Assembly: GCF_001194135.2 (NCBI RefSeq)
Contig: NC_068982.1
Coordinates: 161,756,309 to 161,820,308 of the forward strand
DNA from: Octopus bimaculoides
Taxonomy: Eukaryota
DNA length: 64,000 bases
Reading direction: 5' to 3'
Part shown: piece by piece, positions 12,441-25,400 of the stretch
Layout: every line of letters starts with the position of its first letter
Position numbering within the stretch: position 1 is the stretch's first letter
Position numbers and translations under genes: made by a program
Notes under the pieces: model-generated
Seen by the model: only the letters and a program-made list of their open reading frames with translations
What the model was told of the DNA's origin: nothing
The model's database searches: none

Positions 12441-15400
12441 GTGAGTATTTTTAATATAGTGAGATATACACCCAGTCTGTTATATTAATAACATACCTTT
12501 CAAATGCATTTATAATATTCTGCACCAATAATGATGAAATTTCTATGTGGTTGCTTGACATGGTTATCTTTGATCATAAATCTGATCAATGTGATCTGAC
12601 CGCAGGCTAAATAACAATAAGACATAACATTAAGAATTGTTGACAACTTACTAAATTGTTAAAATACGTAGCATTGAATTATGTAGAAAGTTTAGACTCC
12701 TCAGATATTGGTATTTAATGGAATAAAATAATGACGCATCGGTCTTTGAGGAGTGAAGGCAAATCTAATTAGACAAAATGACAAGATCTATGATGTAGAG
12801 GTAGACTGTTAAACCAACTTCATATATATATATGATAAACCAACTTCAAAATATAGTTCCATTACTTAGTTTGCTCACTTGATTGCATATCATTATTACC
12901 TTTGAGAAAGTCATGAATATCACACAGTCTTGCTTCTCTTTCCCTTAAAACAATAAAATTCTTTGTCTTTAAGAAGCTAATATTTTGTGACTCTGTTTTT
13001 AGTAAGATTAGGTGGCCAATAATTTTCACTAAATTTTAAAATAATGAACATTATGTGTGTATGAAACAGAGGAATAGTTATGAAAAATTTAATTTTTTTT
13101 TGTTATTGGAATTCAACTTAAACAGGTTTTACATAACTGTTTCCAGTTTTGTCAAATAGAAAAATTCCTTCTATCTTGATGAATGGTTTTTTTCTTTCTT
13201 TCTTTTGTCTTCAAATATAATCCACAAATATTTTGAAGAATTGTAGTAGGTGCTAAGCTCAGTGCTAAGTAAAATTCCATTGATTTTGTTTCCTGAATTC
13301 AGTTTTCAATAGAATAGTTTTACTTACCAGTTAAATTTCATGTAAATATTGGGACTTTGTTTCCTTGTCTTTGTAACTCTTGTTTCATCTGGAATCATTT
13401 AAAAGTATACTTCAACTCATTTCACTTTTGAAGAGAAATTGTTTAAAATTAAAAAAATTTAAAAATATTATCTCTTCTGATTCTGATATACTTTGTAAAT
13501 CTGCTTCAATATATTTATGAAATCACATAAAACTTAATGAAAGTTAAATATTAACTTTCTGTGTCCTGTATTATTCTCAGCTAGTTAATAAAATATAAAA
13601 AAATTTGCAAGAAAATAGAAATTACTTTTTTTTTAAAACTATACTCTAGACTGCATATATTGTGCAAATATTAAAAAATTGATGCCTGTAAGACATTCAG
13701 TACAAGTAACCTTATTACAAAATCAGTTGGAGATCTTGTAAATATATCTGTAGTGAACATAGCTTTAGTTAAAAGTGAAAGTCATTGTTAACTTGTAATA
13801 AAGAAATAGCTTTGTTCTATATACAGAGTGTAGGAATTTACTTTATATTGTGTTCATTGCAACAATAGCTGCATAAGAGGTGTATGATTTAAATATTTGT
13901 AACATTTTACATATGGAATTACATGGATATTTTACACACACACACACATTCACACACTATACTGATTTTACATTGAATTTTTCCTTAAAAATTTCCCTAT
14001 CTAGATGTAGTGGTATTTATTTATTTATTTTGCTGGATGCTCGAGTTACTATAAAATTCAGACAGACTTGGTTGCCAGTCAGCCTAGAGCAATGAACTAT
14101 GTGCCTTACTCAGATACACAACACAATGGCTGTAGCAAGATTTAAAATTGTATATCAAAAACAAGAAATTAAAAGAAACAAAGATTGGTGATTTTCTTTG
14201 TTGTGTATGTATCAGATGAAGAAGGACCAATAAATCAAATGGCTTGGCATTATGCTGGAACAAATTCATCCAACCTATGTTACCATGAAAAAGCAGTTGT
14301 AAAATGATATAGATTATTTGAAAGATCTTGAGTTCAGATCTGTCAAGGGTATTTTCTTGAGTTTCTGGGCAGGTCATTTTATTTTACATTGGTACAATTA
14401 GCCCTAGCTGTTGCTATCTGTGAAAGATAACATCCTACTCATGAAAATATTTATCTTACATCACTTTAATATAATGAAACCAGGCATTATCTGCACCCTT
14501 GGGGGCATTTACATTTTTATGACAGCATCTCATGATTTCTCTTATACCCAGTTTTTCTCACAGTTCATTTGTGCCCTGTGGGTTGTACATACACATTAAC
14601 ATTACATATTTAGTGGAGCATGTTTGCCTCATTTTTTCTAGTCTTCACACATCCTCTACATTTACTGTCTGTGTTTTGTTACCATGCAACATCACAGAAG
14701 CATCATGATATTTGCTCTTCTCTTGGAGAAAGAATCCCATTGTAATGATGTAGAAGCAATAGTTCCCTGAACTTTTGCTACCATTTTCTTATTCTGGTAA
14801 CTATACTTTTAGAACACCTACTTTCACTGTTAATTATGTCTCCTATGTAATGAAAACTACCAACCATTTCTAGTTAGCTTTCTAAGCTTTTGAAATAATC
14901 TATTACATGTGTGTCTGTGAGAGAGAATGTGCAGATGATTGTGTTAATAGGCTAACCACCTAAATGATCAGTGTTTTGATGCTTGTCAGTGTAGACTTCA
15001 GTTTGATATTCTGTATGTACTGTCCAGTAAGTACTGCTGTAATCAATGGTTTAATTATAACATTTGCAAGTGCCAAATATTAGTGATGCTACAATGATCC
15101 ATTCATTTTTATAGTCTTCAGTGGTACTAATATGATGTATACATTATTAGACAGACACCAGTGGCATTATTATGACCTATACACTATATGATAGTCTCCT
15201 GTTGTATTACTATGATCCCATGCCCTAGAAGATAGTCTTCAATGGTTCTACTTAGAACTATATACTAAACCTATGCACTACACGGAGAGAGACAACAGTG
15301 ATACTGCAATGACCATCCATCCTAAAATCAAACTACTCTTTCTCTCTATTCCAAGTCTTTGGTTTACTCTTCTCCGCTGTCTTACAGCATGTAACATAGA

Positions 15401-15779
15401 TATATGGGTACAAACCTATATGGTAAACAACTTGTAACACACTGGCTGATAGTTATGGTACTTGGGCACTTTCCCAACTCAAACATCCTTAACCAATTCT
15501 CACTAGATATCTTAACTTACAGTTTTTGGTGATTTTCTGACTTCATTCTGATATCAAAAATTGTCTTTCAAAACTGATTTTCCTGAAGCAACATGACTTA
15601 TGTTAATCCTAATTTAACTTATTTACTGATTCCTGTAAAATATTCAAAAAGATGATTTGTTTCCTAGAAACTCTTTGTTTATCCATGACCATATTTCCTT
15701 GTATAAAGATAAGTCATTGATGCCTTCTTACCCCCTTTTTTTTTTATTAAAAAAAAAATCATTTAATTCGGTAAAGAGA

Positions 15780-16330
15780 GGCAGAACCCAAACCTTTTGC
15801 AGGTGTTTTCAGATTGAGAGAGTTAGGACAGTTAATGTTTGACTTAAAGCTTATTAGGGAAGACATGAAGCTATAAGGCAATTCTGAGTATATGAGATGA
15901 AGAAAATTGTTTAGTAGAGAGTTTTAGTGTTGAGACAGTTGGAGTGAAAAAATGAGGAAAGATAGGTGTGCTAGTGGAGGTGATACATAGCTAACTAGTT
16001 CAGAAGAGCAGAAACTGTTTAGTCATAGCAGAAATGACAGGGAGAAGATGCGTCAAGTTGGTTGACTAGGTGTTTTGCGTGTTTACAAGTGAAGATTTGT
16101 CATTCAGCTGGATGGCCTTATTTTGGATGCAGTCCAAAATGTTTGTATGTAGCAGCTACTTCATTCCAATTATATGAACAGTAAGGTGGTTTGTAGTGGT
16201 GCTTTGTCACTTACTGTTCAAAGACAAAGTATTTTCTATCTCTGAAGAGGAAGCCTAGATTTTGAGATTCAGTTATTGCTATGTTATTGATATGTGGTTA
16301 CAATGAAAGGTCACCAGAGATTATGAAAAA
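15780..16330 (-). mobile_element. decayed CR1/L2-like LINE 3' fragment
   Basis: The minus strand reads HTNILDCIQNKAIQL, matching the LLDRIQxKAIRL motif of CR1/L2-type RT C-termini. It is related to the 63250-63670 copy. Confidence 0.6.
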
Positions 16331-16764
16331 CCTAGCTAGTGAAGTTTTAAAGATGTGAGATCTTCATAAATAAGACTTGACTATTTCCTGCAATAAATAT
16401 CAAGTAAATTGCTTCTAGAACACTGTGGTACGAACTTATTATCTTCAATCACTTTTATAGTTAGAATATGTCATCATCTCATTAAATATGACCCTGTCTT
16501 TCGTGCAAGATCTGAACAGCTCTTATTTAGCCACTTTCGCACACTACAAGCTACCATTGATGTGAACTCACACGTAATACAAAGCTGGTATGAAGCTGTC
16601 TCATTAAGAAATATGCCATCATTGCACTTATGTTCTACTACTGTTTATCATTTTGATGGTATTTGAATTAAACCATTGCCTTGAATAAACTAAATTATCA
16701 TATATTTTGTAAAATATAGTTACATGTTTACCTGTATTTCTATATTTTGCAACCTCTGTATTAA

Positions 16765-16997
16765 CCCTTTAGCATTTAGCATTTGGGTCAAACTAGGCCC
16801 AACTAGTTTATCTGTTTTATGTTCAAACCTGCCAGATCTGGTCTCTCACACTTATCCTACAATATCATTCTAAAAATAAACAATAATCATCATTGAAATC
16901 TCAAAACTGTGAGATAATGCATGATTTATTCAAAACGATGTGAGTAAATAAAAATTACTTTTGACAAATTACTAACCCTAATCTGAATGCTAAAGGG
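16765..16997. mobile_element. piggyBac-like MITE
   Basis: TTAA|ccctttagcatt ... aatgctaaaggg|TTAA: a 12-bp perfect TIR with a TTAA duplication, 233 bp long. A partial related copy in opposite orientation lies at about 34930-35020. Confidence 0.8.
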
Positions 16998-17524
16998 TTA
17001 AAAGAAAAATACTTTAGTTATTGAATATTGAAAATGTTAAAGAAATAGAATGTGAAGGAGTTTTTATTATTGATAGCATTTTGAATAATGTATTTATTGC
17101 ATCTTTCCTTGCATAGTAGTTTTTATGATATCATTGTAGTTTTTTATGATGTATATTTTGCTAGCAGTTATTAAAAGAAAAAAAAAAATTCCTTGTTTTG
17201 TAAACTCAATCTGTAGAAAAGTATGTATGCAAAGATATAGTCTTACTGTGAGATGATACTTGAAGATATACTCCTCAAATGTGAAAGAGGTGTTGAACTG
17301 TTATATATATTCATATTAGTTCACAATTTTTTTAAACCAAGAAATTAATGGTGTCCATTTTGCATGAAAACTAAATGCTATTTACTTTTTTTTTAATGAT
17401 CTAAAATTACACAATTTATCTATAAAGTCACATATGAAACCAGTTGGAGAGTTTAAAATGTTTTTGTAGTTGTTTGCAACATGACTATCTACTACACCCA
17501 TGTCTTGCCCATTAACATATAAAT

Positions 17525-17568
<44 letters not shown>

Positions 17569-18375
17569 CAATAGAATGTTTAAGGGAAATTTGGGTGGCC
17601 CTAAGTAAGTTCACTACAATCAACCCATAGTTAAATTGCTAAAAGGGACTTCTGTTAACAGACGTCATTTTTAATGCCTTCAGGACATAAATATAAGTAT
17701 TATTCTTACTTTTTATATAGTTTCATATTGAAGAGGATTGCTGTTTAGAAACAGGCTTTCCATTCAAGTTCTTTAATTTTGTATGTAGATTCTTTTATNN
17801 NNNNNNNNNNNNNNNNNNNNNNNNNNNNNNNNNNNNNNNNNNNNNNNNNNNNNNNNNNNNNNNNNNNNNNNNNNNNNNNNNNNNNNNNNNNNNNNNNNNN
17901 NNNNNNNNNNNNNNNNNNNNNNNNNNNNNNNNNNNNNNNNNNNNNNNNNNNNNNNNNNNNNNNNNNNNNNNNNNNNNNNNNNNNNNNNNNNNNNNNNNNN
18001 NNNNNNNNNNNNNNNNNNNNNNNNNNNNNNNNNNNNNNNNNNNNNNNNNNNNNNNNNNNNNNNNNNNNNNNNNNNNNNNNNNNNNNNNNNNNNNNNNNNN
18101 NNNNNNNNNNNNNNNNNNNNNNNNNNNNNNNNNNNNNNNNNNNNNNNNNNNNNNNNNNNNNNNNNNNNNNNNNNNNNNNNNNNNNNNNNNNNNNNNNNNN
18201 NNNNNNNNNNNNNNNNNNNNNNNNNNNNNNNNNNNNNNNNNNNNNNNNNNNNNNNNNNNNNNNNNNNNNNNNNNNNNNNNNNNNNNNNNNNNNNNNNNNN
18301 NNNNNNNNNNNNNNNNNNNNNNNNNNNNNNNNNNNNNNNNNNNNNNNNNNNNNNNNNNNNNNNNNNNNNNNNNNN

Positions 18376-18698
18376 GAGCCAGTCCAGGGGCACTGGCAAC
18401 GGTCTCGCTTGAAAACCCTACAAAGTCCAGTCAGGCGGTACTGGCAACGGTCACGCTCAAGATGGTACATCTTATGTGCCACCCGCACAAGAGCCAGTCC
18501 AGGGGCACTGGCAACGATCTCACTTGGCTTGCCGGGTCTTCTCACGCACAGCACATTTCCAAAGGTCTCGGTCAGTAGTCATCGCCTCGGTGAGGCCCAA
18601 TGTTCGAAGGTCTTGCCTCACCACCTCAGCCCAGGTCTTCCTGGGCCTACCTCTTCCATGGGTTCCCTCAACTGTTAGGGTGTGGCACTTTTTCATGT
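18376..18698 (-). mobile_element. RTE-clade LINE 3' end (RT C-terminus plus tandemly repeated 3' UTR)
   Basis: The minus strand reads MKKCHTLTVEGTHGRGRPRKTWAEVVRQDLRTLGLTEAMTTDRDLWKCAVREKTRQAK*. It is followed by repeated gagccagtccaggggcactggcaacg units and runs into an N gap. Confidence 0.85.
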
Positions 18699-19271
18699 AA
18701 TAAAATACACATTGAGTTTATTTAACAGTATTTCAACAGTACATCAGTCTGCCATAGGTTCAAAATATGACAAGAACACTGGAAAATATGTAGAAATTCA
18801 AAAATTCCTTCCTTCCAAGGTAAAAAGAAGAAAAAAATCAAGTTATGCTTGTTTGTAAGTGGTTAAAACAAGAAGAAAAAAGAAGAGAATTCTTAGAGTC
18901 AAAAAGTTTTATATAAATCTTATGGAACTCTCCTGTCACTTTGTTCATCCCTCTCCCCAAGGGTGTGATGCTATTCCTTGACACATTCTCAGAAAATATT
19001 CTGACTACACTGAACTTTCAATCCTCAAAACACATGAAGACAATTATATTTGTAAATTTCTAATGTATTTCCTGGGGATGATAAGCAAAAAAAAAAAGCT
19101 CCATCAGATTTATGCAACAAGTTTTGATTTGAGATTTCTTTCCTTCTTTATTTTCTATTTTTTCTTCTTTGTCCTTGTTTTAACCAGTTACAAACAATAT
19201 AGTCCAGTTGAAGTTTTGAATCTCCACATTTCTGTGTATTTTCCATTTTTTCATTACTCTTGTTTTATTTT

Positions 19272-19308
19272 AACCTGAGGAAGACAGAGATACTATTGAA
19301 ATATTGTT
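19272..19308 (+). ncRNA. degenerate hammerhead-like relic
   Basis: aac-CTGAGGA-A-gacag(agata)ctatt-GAAA-tatt-gtt. The core and GAAA are present, stem II is 4/5 paired, and stem III is an ATAT palindrome. Confidence 0.3.
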
Positions 19309-19399
19309 CAATAAACAAAGTCACTCTGTATTTTATTATATATTGCACTCATTTTATTGTGTAACAATAATAATGATGGTTTCAGCTATTTTAGGCCAG

Positions 19400-20029
19400 T
19401 TATTTTAGAGGGAGAGTGTTAGTCAGTTACATTGACCCTAGTACTTGGTACTTTATTTTATCAACCCCAAAAGAATGAAAGGCTAAGTTGACCTCTGTGG
19501 AATTTGAACTCACAATGTAAAGAGCTGAAACATGCTGCTGAAAGTTTTGTCCAGTGTGGTAATGATTCTATCACCTCACTGCCTTCAAATTTTGGCACAA
19601 GGGCAACAGTTTTAGTGGGAGGAATTTAGTTGATTACGTCAACTCTAGTGTTCAACTTGTACTTATTTTTCAATTCCCAGAAAGAAGAAAGACAAAGCTA
19701 ACCTCATTGGAATTTGAACTCAGAACATAATAGGTTGGAAGAAATGCCATTAAGCATTTTATCGAACATGCCATTCTTCCAGCTCATGGCCTTGTAGTAG
19801 TAGTAATGGTAATCCTTTCTACTAAAGGCATAAGGCCTGAAACTTTGGGGGCGGGGTCTCATTGATTGCATTAACTCCAGTACACAACTGGTGCTTATTT
19901 TATTAACCTCAAAAGGATGAAAGGCAAGTTGATCTCGGTGGAATTTGAACTCAGAACTTAAAGACAAACAAAATGCTGTGAAGCATTTTGCCCAGCATGC
20001 TAATGATTCTGCTAGCTCACCACCTTAAT

Positions 20030-20030
<1 letters not shown>
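19400..20030 (-). mobile_element. three tandem copies of a second tRNA-derived SINE family
   Basis: Repeated ...tgaaaggc(t/a)agttgacctc...ggaatttgaactcagaac... blocks followed by an (AAT)n tract. Related copies at about 22555-22760, 38060-38230 and 45230-45360. Confidence 0.7.
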
Positions 20031-20060
<30 letters not shown>

Positions 20061-21373
20061 GATAATAATAATAATGTATATTCGTTGTCATTAACATCAG
20101 TCTTCCATGCAGACATGGATTGCATGGTTTGACTGGAACTGGCAAGCTAGAGAGCTGCATCAGATTCCTTTTCTGTTTTGGCATGGTATCTACAGCTGTA
20201 TGCCCTTCTTAATACCAACCACTTTACAGTATGTGCTGGGTGCTTTTTATGTGGCACCAACATTGGTGCTTTTTACATGCCACTAACACCAGTTGGGTCA
20301 CCAAGCAACTTGTGAGGTAGTCTCTCACCTTTTCTACTTCCTCTCTCATTAGTAAGTTGTCTGCTCTCCTACTTACTATGACTTTGGTCTTCACTAAATG
20401 AACTCTAAGGCTCTTTTATTCCAGACCTTGCTTCCACATCTGAAATTTCTTCTCTAATTCTTGTAGAGATTCATATTATTCATGAAATATACTTTTCCTG
20501 AAATTTCACTGCCCACAAATTTGTGTGTTATACACAAGTTATTATGGTAACTGCAGTTGCTATGGTTTTGAAAGGCAAGTGGTTTGCAACAAATGCTTCT
20601 TAGTTTACATGTGAATAAGTTGATTTGCATACCAGTACAGATTTGAAATTAAGAAATGTTTTTTATTATGAAGTATATATGTTTGAAAACGTGTATAGTC
20701 ATTGTATTGCACTCTGAGTGAACATATTTTATTCAAGTTAACTGTCATGATTGAGTTGCTAGCTTAGGAATGCTGTTCTAAAATATAAAAGTTTGATGCT
20801 CTTTAAAAAAAAAACATCTACATTGTCACTTGTCCACTTCTGAAGGGATCTCTATATTGGCTGTTTTTTTATGGTAATAACTTGGAAATGGAAAGGACAT
20901 ATGGGATAATGTAGTCCTAAACATGACATAATGGTCACAGATGAAATGCCTTTGCTTATGGGTTGCTTGTGTAAGTTTGATCTGCAGCTAAACAACAATG
21001 ACTAAAAAAGAAGAAAACTTTCATGAGTAGTCTTTATGATTTCGATCTAAATATCTATGATTTGTTTCTTGTTATTTTCCACTGTCAGTCTGTCGTAATA
21101 TTTCAACTTCACTCCCAACTGAGTTGTTTAGTTGATCAAAATGTATAGATTTGAGGAACTAGTTATTTACACCTAAATATTCTTTTCACACTAATTACTC
21201 AACCATGAAGTCAGCATGTTATAGGAGGAACTGAACCTATAGCATAAAGGCCTGTAGCATGGTACACTAATATCTAATTGCACTTTGCTTCATTTTCAAC
21301 TGTTCCATTACTGGGTACATATGTAATTTCCTACTTGAGACTGCTAACTCTTTGTATTTGTTGTACTTATATA

Positions 21374-22434
21374 TCAGGTCATCCCATAAGTTCTGTCTGA
21401 ATTTTGAATAAAGAAAATAAGTGATCAAATGTTATATAAATTTCAAATGTTATATTTAATCATCAATGTACTTTCCCTGATTATCTACGATTCCCTTCCA
21501 TTTATTTACAAGCTTTTTAATCCCATCAATGTAAAAGTCTTTTGGTTTCAAAGCGAAGAACTCTGAAATTTCAGTTTCGACCTCCTCTTGGCTTGCGAAA
21601 GTTATGTCCCCCAAATGATTCTGTAAACTATGAAACAAATGGTAATCTGAAGGAGCAAGGTCGGGAGAATAAGGTAGATGAGGAATTTTTTCCCAACCAA
21701 GCTCTTTGATCTTCTGTGATGTGATCTTTGCAGTGTGGAGTCGCGCATTGTCCTGTTGAAACATCACTCCTTTTCGATTCACTAAAGCAGGTCTTTTTTT
21801 CTTTAAAGCTTGGTTCAAACACTCTAATTGCTGACAGTAGACTTGAGCATTGATTNNNNNNNNNNNNNNNNNNNNNNNNNNNNNNNNNNNNNNNNNNNNN
21901 NNNNNNNNNNNNNNNNNNNNNNNNNNNNNNNNNNNNNNNNNNNNNNNNNNNNNNNNNNNNNNNNNNNNNNNNNNNNNNNNNNNNNNNNNNNNNNNNNNNN
22001 NNNNNNNNNNNNNNNNNNNNNNNNNNNNNNNNNNNNNNNNNNNNNNNNNNNNNNNNNNNNNNNNNNNNNNNNNNNNNNNNNNNNNNNNATCTTCACTTCT
22101 GAATTTTGCAAACCATCTTCTGCAAGTTCTTTCATTCAAGCATTCTTTCCCATAAACTGAGTGTATGTTTCGAGTCACTTCGGCTGTAGAGTTTCCTTTT
22201 TTGTACTCATAAAGCATTATGTGCCTGAAATGGTTTTTGTATACCTCCATGTTAGAAAGTGTTTTAATCAAAGAAATTTTAATTCTATTAGTCTGTAAAA
22301 TAATATTTAATTAGTTTAAATGTACACAAATGCATAAAAATAATTTTTAATTCCATTAGACATTCTAAAATACTATTAAATTTCATTCAATTTTAAAAGA
22401 AGTAAAATCGGACAGAACTTATGGGATGACCTGA
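21374..22434 (-). mobile_element. mariner (Tc1/mariner, DD34D) DNA transposon, apparently full-length, internal assembly gap
   Basis: The left end tcaggtcatcccataagttctgtc (21374-21397) is the exact reverse complement of gacagaacttatgggatgacctga (22411-22434). TA flanks both sides (21372-73, 22435-36). The element encloses a mariner transposase ORF. Confidence 0.95.
21456..22250 (-). CDS. mariner transposase (middle part falls in N gap)
   Basis: N-terminal HTH-like MEVYKNHFRHIMLYEYKKGNSTAEVTRNIHSVYG...RTCRRWFAKFRS. The C-terminus has QQDNARLH...HLPYSPDLAPSDYHLF with 34 residues between the last two Asp. No stops in the sequenced parts. The track start is TTG at 22271; the first ATG is at 22250. 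Confidence 0.9.
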   Translation of the reverse strand: MEVYKNHFRHIMLYEYKKGNSTAEVTRNIHSVYGKECLNERTCRRWFAKFRSEDXXXXXXXXXXXXXXXXXXXXXXXXXXXXXXXXXXXXXXXXXXXXXXXXXXXXXXXXXXXXXXXXXXXXXXXXXXXXXXINAQVYCQQLECLNQALKKKRPALVNRKGVMFQQDNARLHTAKITSQKIKELGWEKIPHLPYSPDLAPSDYHLFHSLQNHLGDITFASQEEVETEISEFFALKPKDFYIDGIKKLVNKWKGIVDNQGKYIDD

Positions 22435-25400
22435 TAGTTTCTTCTTTTTGTTTTTTCTTGAATCCTTGTCCGGTCACTTGGTTTCTATGGCTTATAAGTG
22501 ACTGAGATCACAACATTACCCCTGAATGGGACACTGATCCATGGCAGAGTCCAAGGCCAGCAACTTTTGAGAGGAGGGGGCAAGTTGATTACATTCACCC
22601 CAGTACTTGATTGGTACTTCGTTTTATTGACCCCTTAATGGGTGAAAGGCAAAGTTGACCTCAGTGTGATTTGAAGTCAGAACATAAAGAGCTGGAAGAA
22701 ATGCCGCTAAATATTTTGTTCAACATGCTAAAGATTCTGTCAGCTTGTTGCCTTATAAGGCTTTTATTAGGACTTCATTTTCTGTACTGTGGCATGTATA
22801 GAAAATAGTAAAAACTTCATTGATTGGAAGGTTGCCAAAAAGAGTAGTTTTGAGATAACAAGTTTAAAGAAAATAATAGCTAAAACTAGGATACTAGTTA
22901 AAAGTTGGGAGTCACCAAAACCTTGTAGCATCATGGAAATAACTCAGATGTAAATGCAATAGATTGTTGTCAACCTTGATCTAATAGTTCTGTGGTCTAA
23001 GTCATTCAGCTGTAACTTCTTTTATTTACACTTAGTGTATTGAAGACTATATTATCTAATGAGGCTTTTGATGGATTTGATGGAGATTTGGTTTTTATTT
23101 CTTGTAGATTAAGTGACCATGTGGAGGCTCTCTCTTTAGCTTCATCATCATCATCATTGTTTAACATCTACTTTCCATGGTGACATGAGTTGGACAGTTT
23201 GAAAACTGGTAAGCTGGGAGCTGGACCAGATTCCAATCTGGTTTGGCAAGGTTTTTACAGTTAGATGCCCTTCCTAATGCCAAGCACTCTGAGAGCTTCT
23301 GGTAATGAATATATATCTTCCTTTCTTGATCATTAATAGTGCTATTTTTATTGTAGATGCAAGCATAGCTGTGTGGTTAAGAAATTCACCTCACTACCAC
23401 ATGATTCAATGATCAAATGTCTACTACTGTAGTCTTGAGTTGACTGGTACCTAGTGAAAGGTATTTAGTAGACAGAGACTGTATAGAAGCTTGCACTGTG
23501 TGCGTGGGTGTGTGAAGGTTGTAAATATAGGTGAAAAAGCTGAAAAATTGGTGCTTTTTGAAAGCTTTATTTGTCTACTCTAACTTACTTGCACTTTGTT
23601 CTTGCCATCAAAAATGCAGTGACCCAGTCACTGGCCTATTAGAAACCTATAACCAATGACGATTTATTGTTCACTAGATAAGAAGTTAGGATTCCAACAT
23701 TTTTATGATTTCTTAGTTCACTAGAGTCAGTTCTTCTAGTTTTCATAATTTTCTTACAATACTGATTATGATAAGAACCAGGTCATTTTTATGAAATTAA
23801 CAAACTGAGCAGAGCAAATTTGTAATTATTTAGTGCAATTGAGGTTGAAGAGAGAGAGAGAGAAAGACAGAATAAGTATCTACTTAAACTTCAATGCCTT
23901 TATGACAATGAGGAAATAAAGTTTAATAAGCCACTTGTAGACATTTAATATTTTCATTGCTCATCTGACAAAATTACACATGATGCTTAATAGGACAAGC
24001 TATTTAATCAAGTAGTTTATCATGTGTCTTCATCATGAACTGGAGTTTGAGCTTTCCAAAATTTGAAGCCTTGTGCCTGTTAGAATTCAAAATCTATAAG
24101 AAAAATAGAGATCAGCATCTGTAAACAAAATATATAAACTGCATGAATAAGATTTAATAGTTTGTAGAATGTGATTGACAAATTATTTATACTGAAACTA
24201 TAAATTAACTGTAAATCTAGTACACTGCAGGCATTATATTAAGAAATTTTTTTCTTTTTTTCTTTTTCATGTTTGTTTGTTGATGTCTTTGTTGTTTTGG
24301 CTAAATCTTATGTCCTAGATGTTCACCTTGTCAGTCTGCCATGACATTTAATGCACTTAAAGTGCTCAGCCTTACTGCTTATCTAGCATGACTATGTTGT
24401 TTAGAGTCTGCCTTGCAACCAAGTATTTGATCTCAATGCATAGTGCCATGGGCAAGAGTCTTTTGATATAGCTTTGGACCAACCAATGCTTTGCAAGGGA
24501 AAATTGGCAGAATGAAACTTTTCCCCAGCATACCTGAAAGCAGTATTTTTAAGTAGCTTTGTTTAAATTTTCCATGATGTGCTTACACTCTGTTTGGTTA
24601 AGTTTAACAGAGGTGACTTTTTCATTTATTATTACTTCTGCATTACATCATTGAGTAGGCATACATTGGTATTCTTGTATGTAGTGTATTTTTATGATAG
24701 GGGTACAGTTGTAATTAACTTTTATACAGCTCTACTTGAAGAGTATCTTATAGTGAGTTAGGAAGTGTTTATATATTAGGACTAAAAAATGTTTGGTGGT
24801 ATTTATCAAAACACTCTTGTTATATTTCTTTGTATGAAGTGATATCAGAAATTTTACTGGTATTACAAATTAGTTTATTAAAGATTATTGGAGAGTGACA
24901 GGAGCATTTGTAATATATGTATTTCTTGCTTGATTAAATGTACAGTTTGTAAGTTGAGAGTGATATCACGGTAGCATACAATAGCAAAGTTAGTGGTTAT
25001 GGTTATTTTAAGGTAAGATTCTTGAATGTGTCAACGAGGTCTTGCCTATTGACATAATGAGAGGTGGCTAGCCTATCATCTATATCGTATGTTTGATGTG
25101 GCAAATTTTGTGCTGGTTTCATACATCACAATATGTATACGCTCATGAGATCACATATATCTGACATTCAAACCTCAGACTGATGTTGAACAAACCTGTG
25201 GGATCTAATTTTTTTATTCAGAGAGTGAAGTCTTTCTTGTATGCATAATAATCTCTATGTCATATCTTCTGGTGAATTTTAAGGTGCTTATAAATATAAG
25301 AGATCAAATAGTTAAAAATCAACTCTCAAATTTGGTGAACATAGATGTTTATTAATATTTTAAAACCAATTTATGACTGTACTGCTGTTTTCCTATTATT

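Noticed and set aside
12521-12606. C/D box snoRNA-like pattern (ATGATGA...CTGA)
   Set aside because: The internal sequence matches the dispersed ctatgtggttgcttgac repeat family, the terminal stem is poor, and I recognised no rRNA guide.
14216-14305. + strand exon candidate DEEGPINQMAWHYAGTNSSNLCYHEKAV
   Set aside because: The acceptor is good, but there is no convincing donor before the stop and no recognisable motif.
17745-17798. KIKELEW peptide resembling mariner KIKELGW
   Set aside because: Only about 50 bp next to a gap, with no HPPYSPD motif following; insufficient evidence.
18376-18530. Repeat-spacer-like units suggestive of a CRISPR array (also 63880-64000)
   Set aside because: These are tandem repeats in an RTE LINE 3' UTR in eukaryotic DNA. 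The spacers are not unique and there are no cas genes.
17745-18678. Long ORFs of 200-400 aa (also 27303-27896, 28188-29449, 60011-60326)
   Set aside because: They consist mostly of N gaps translated as X.
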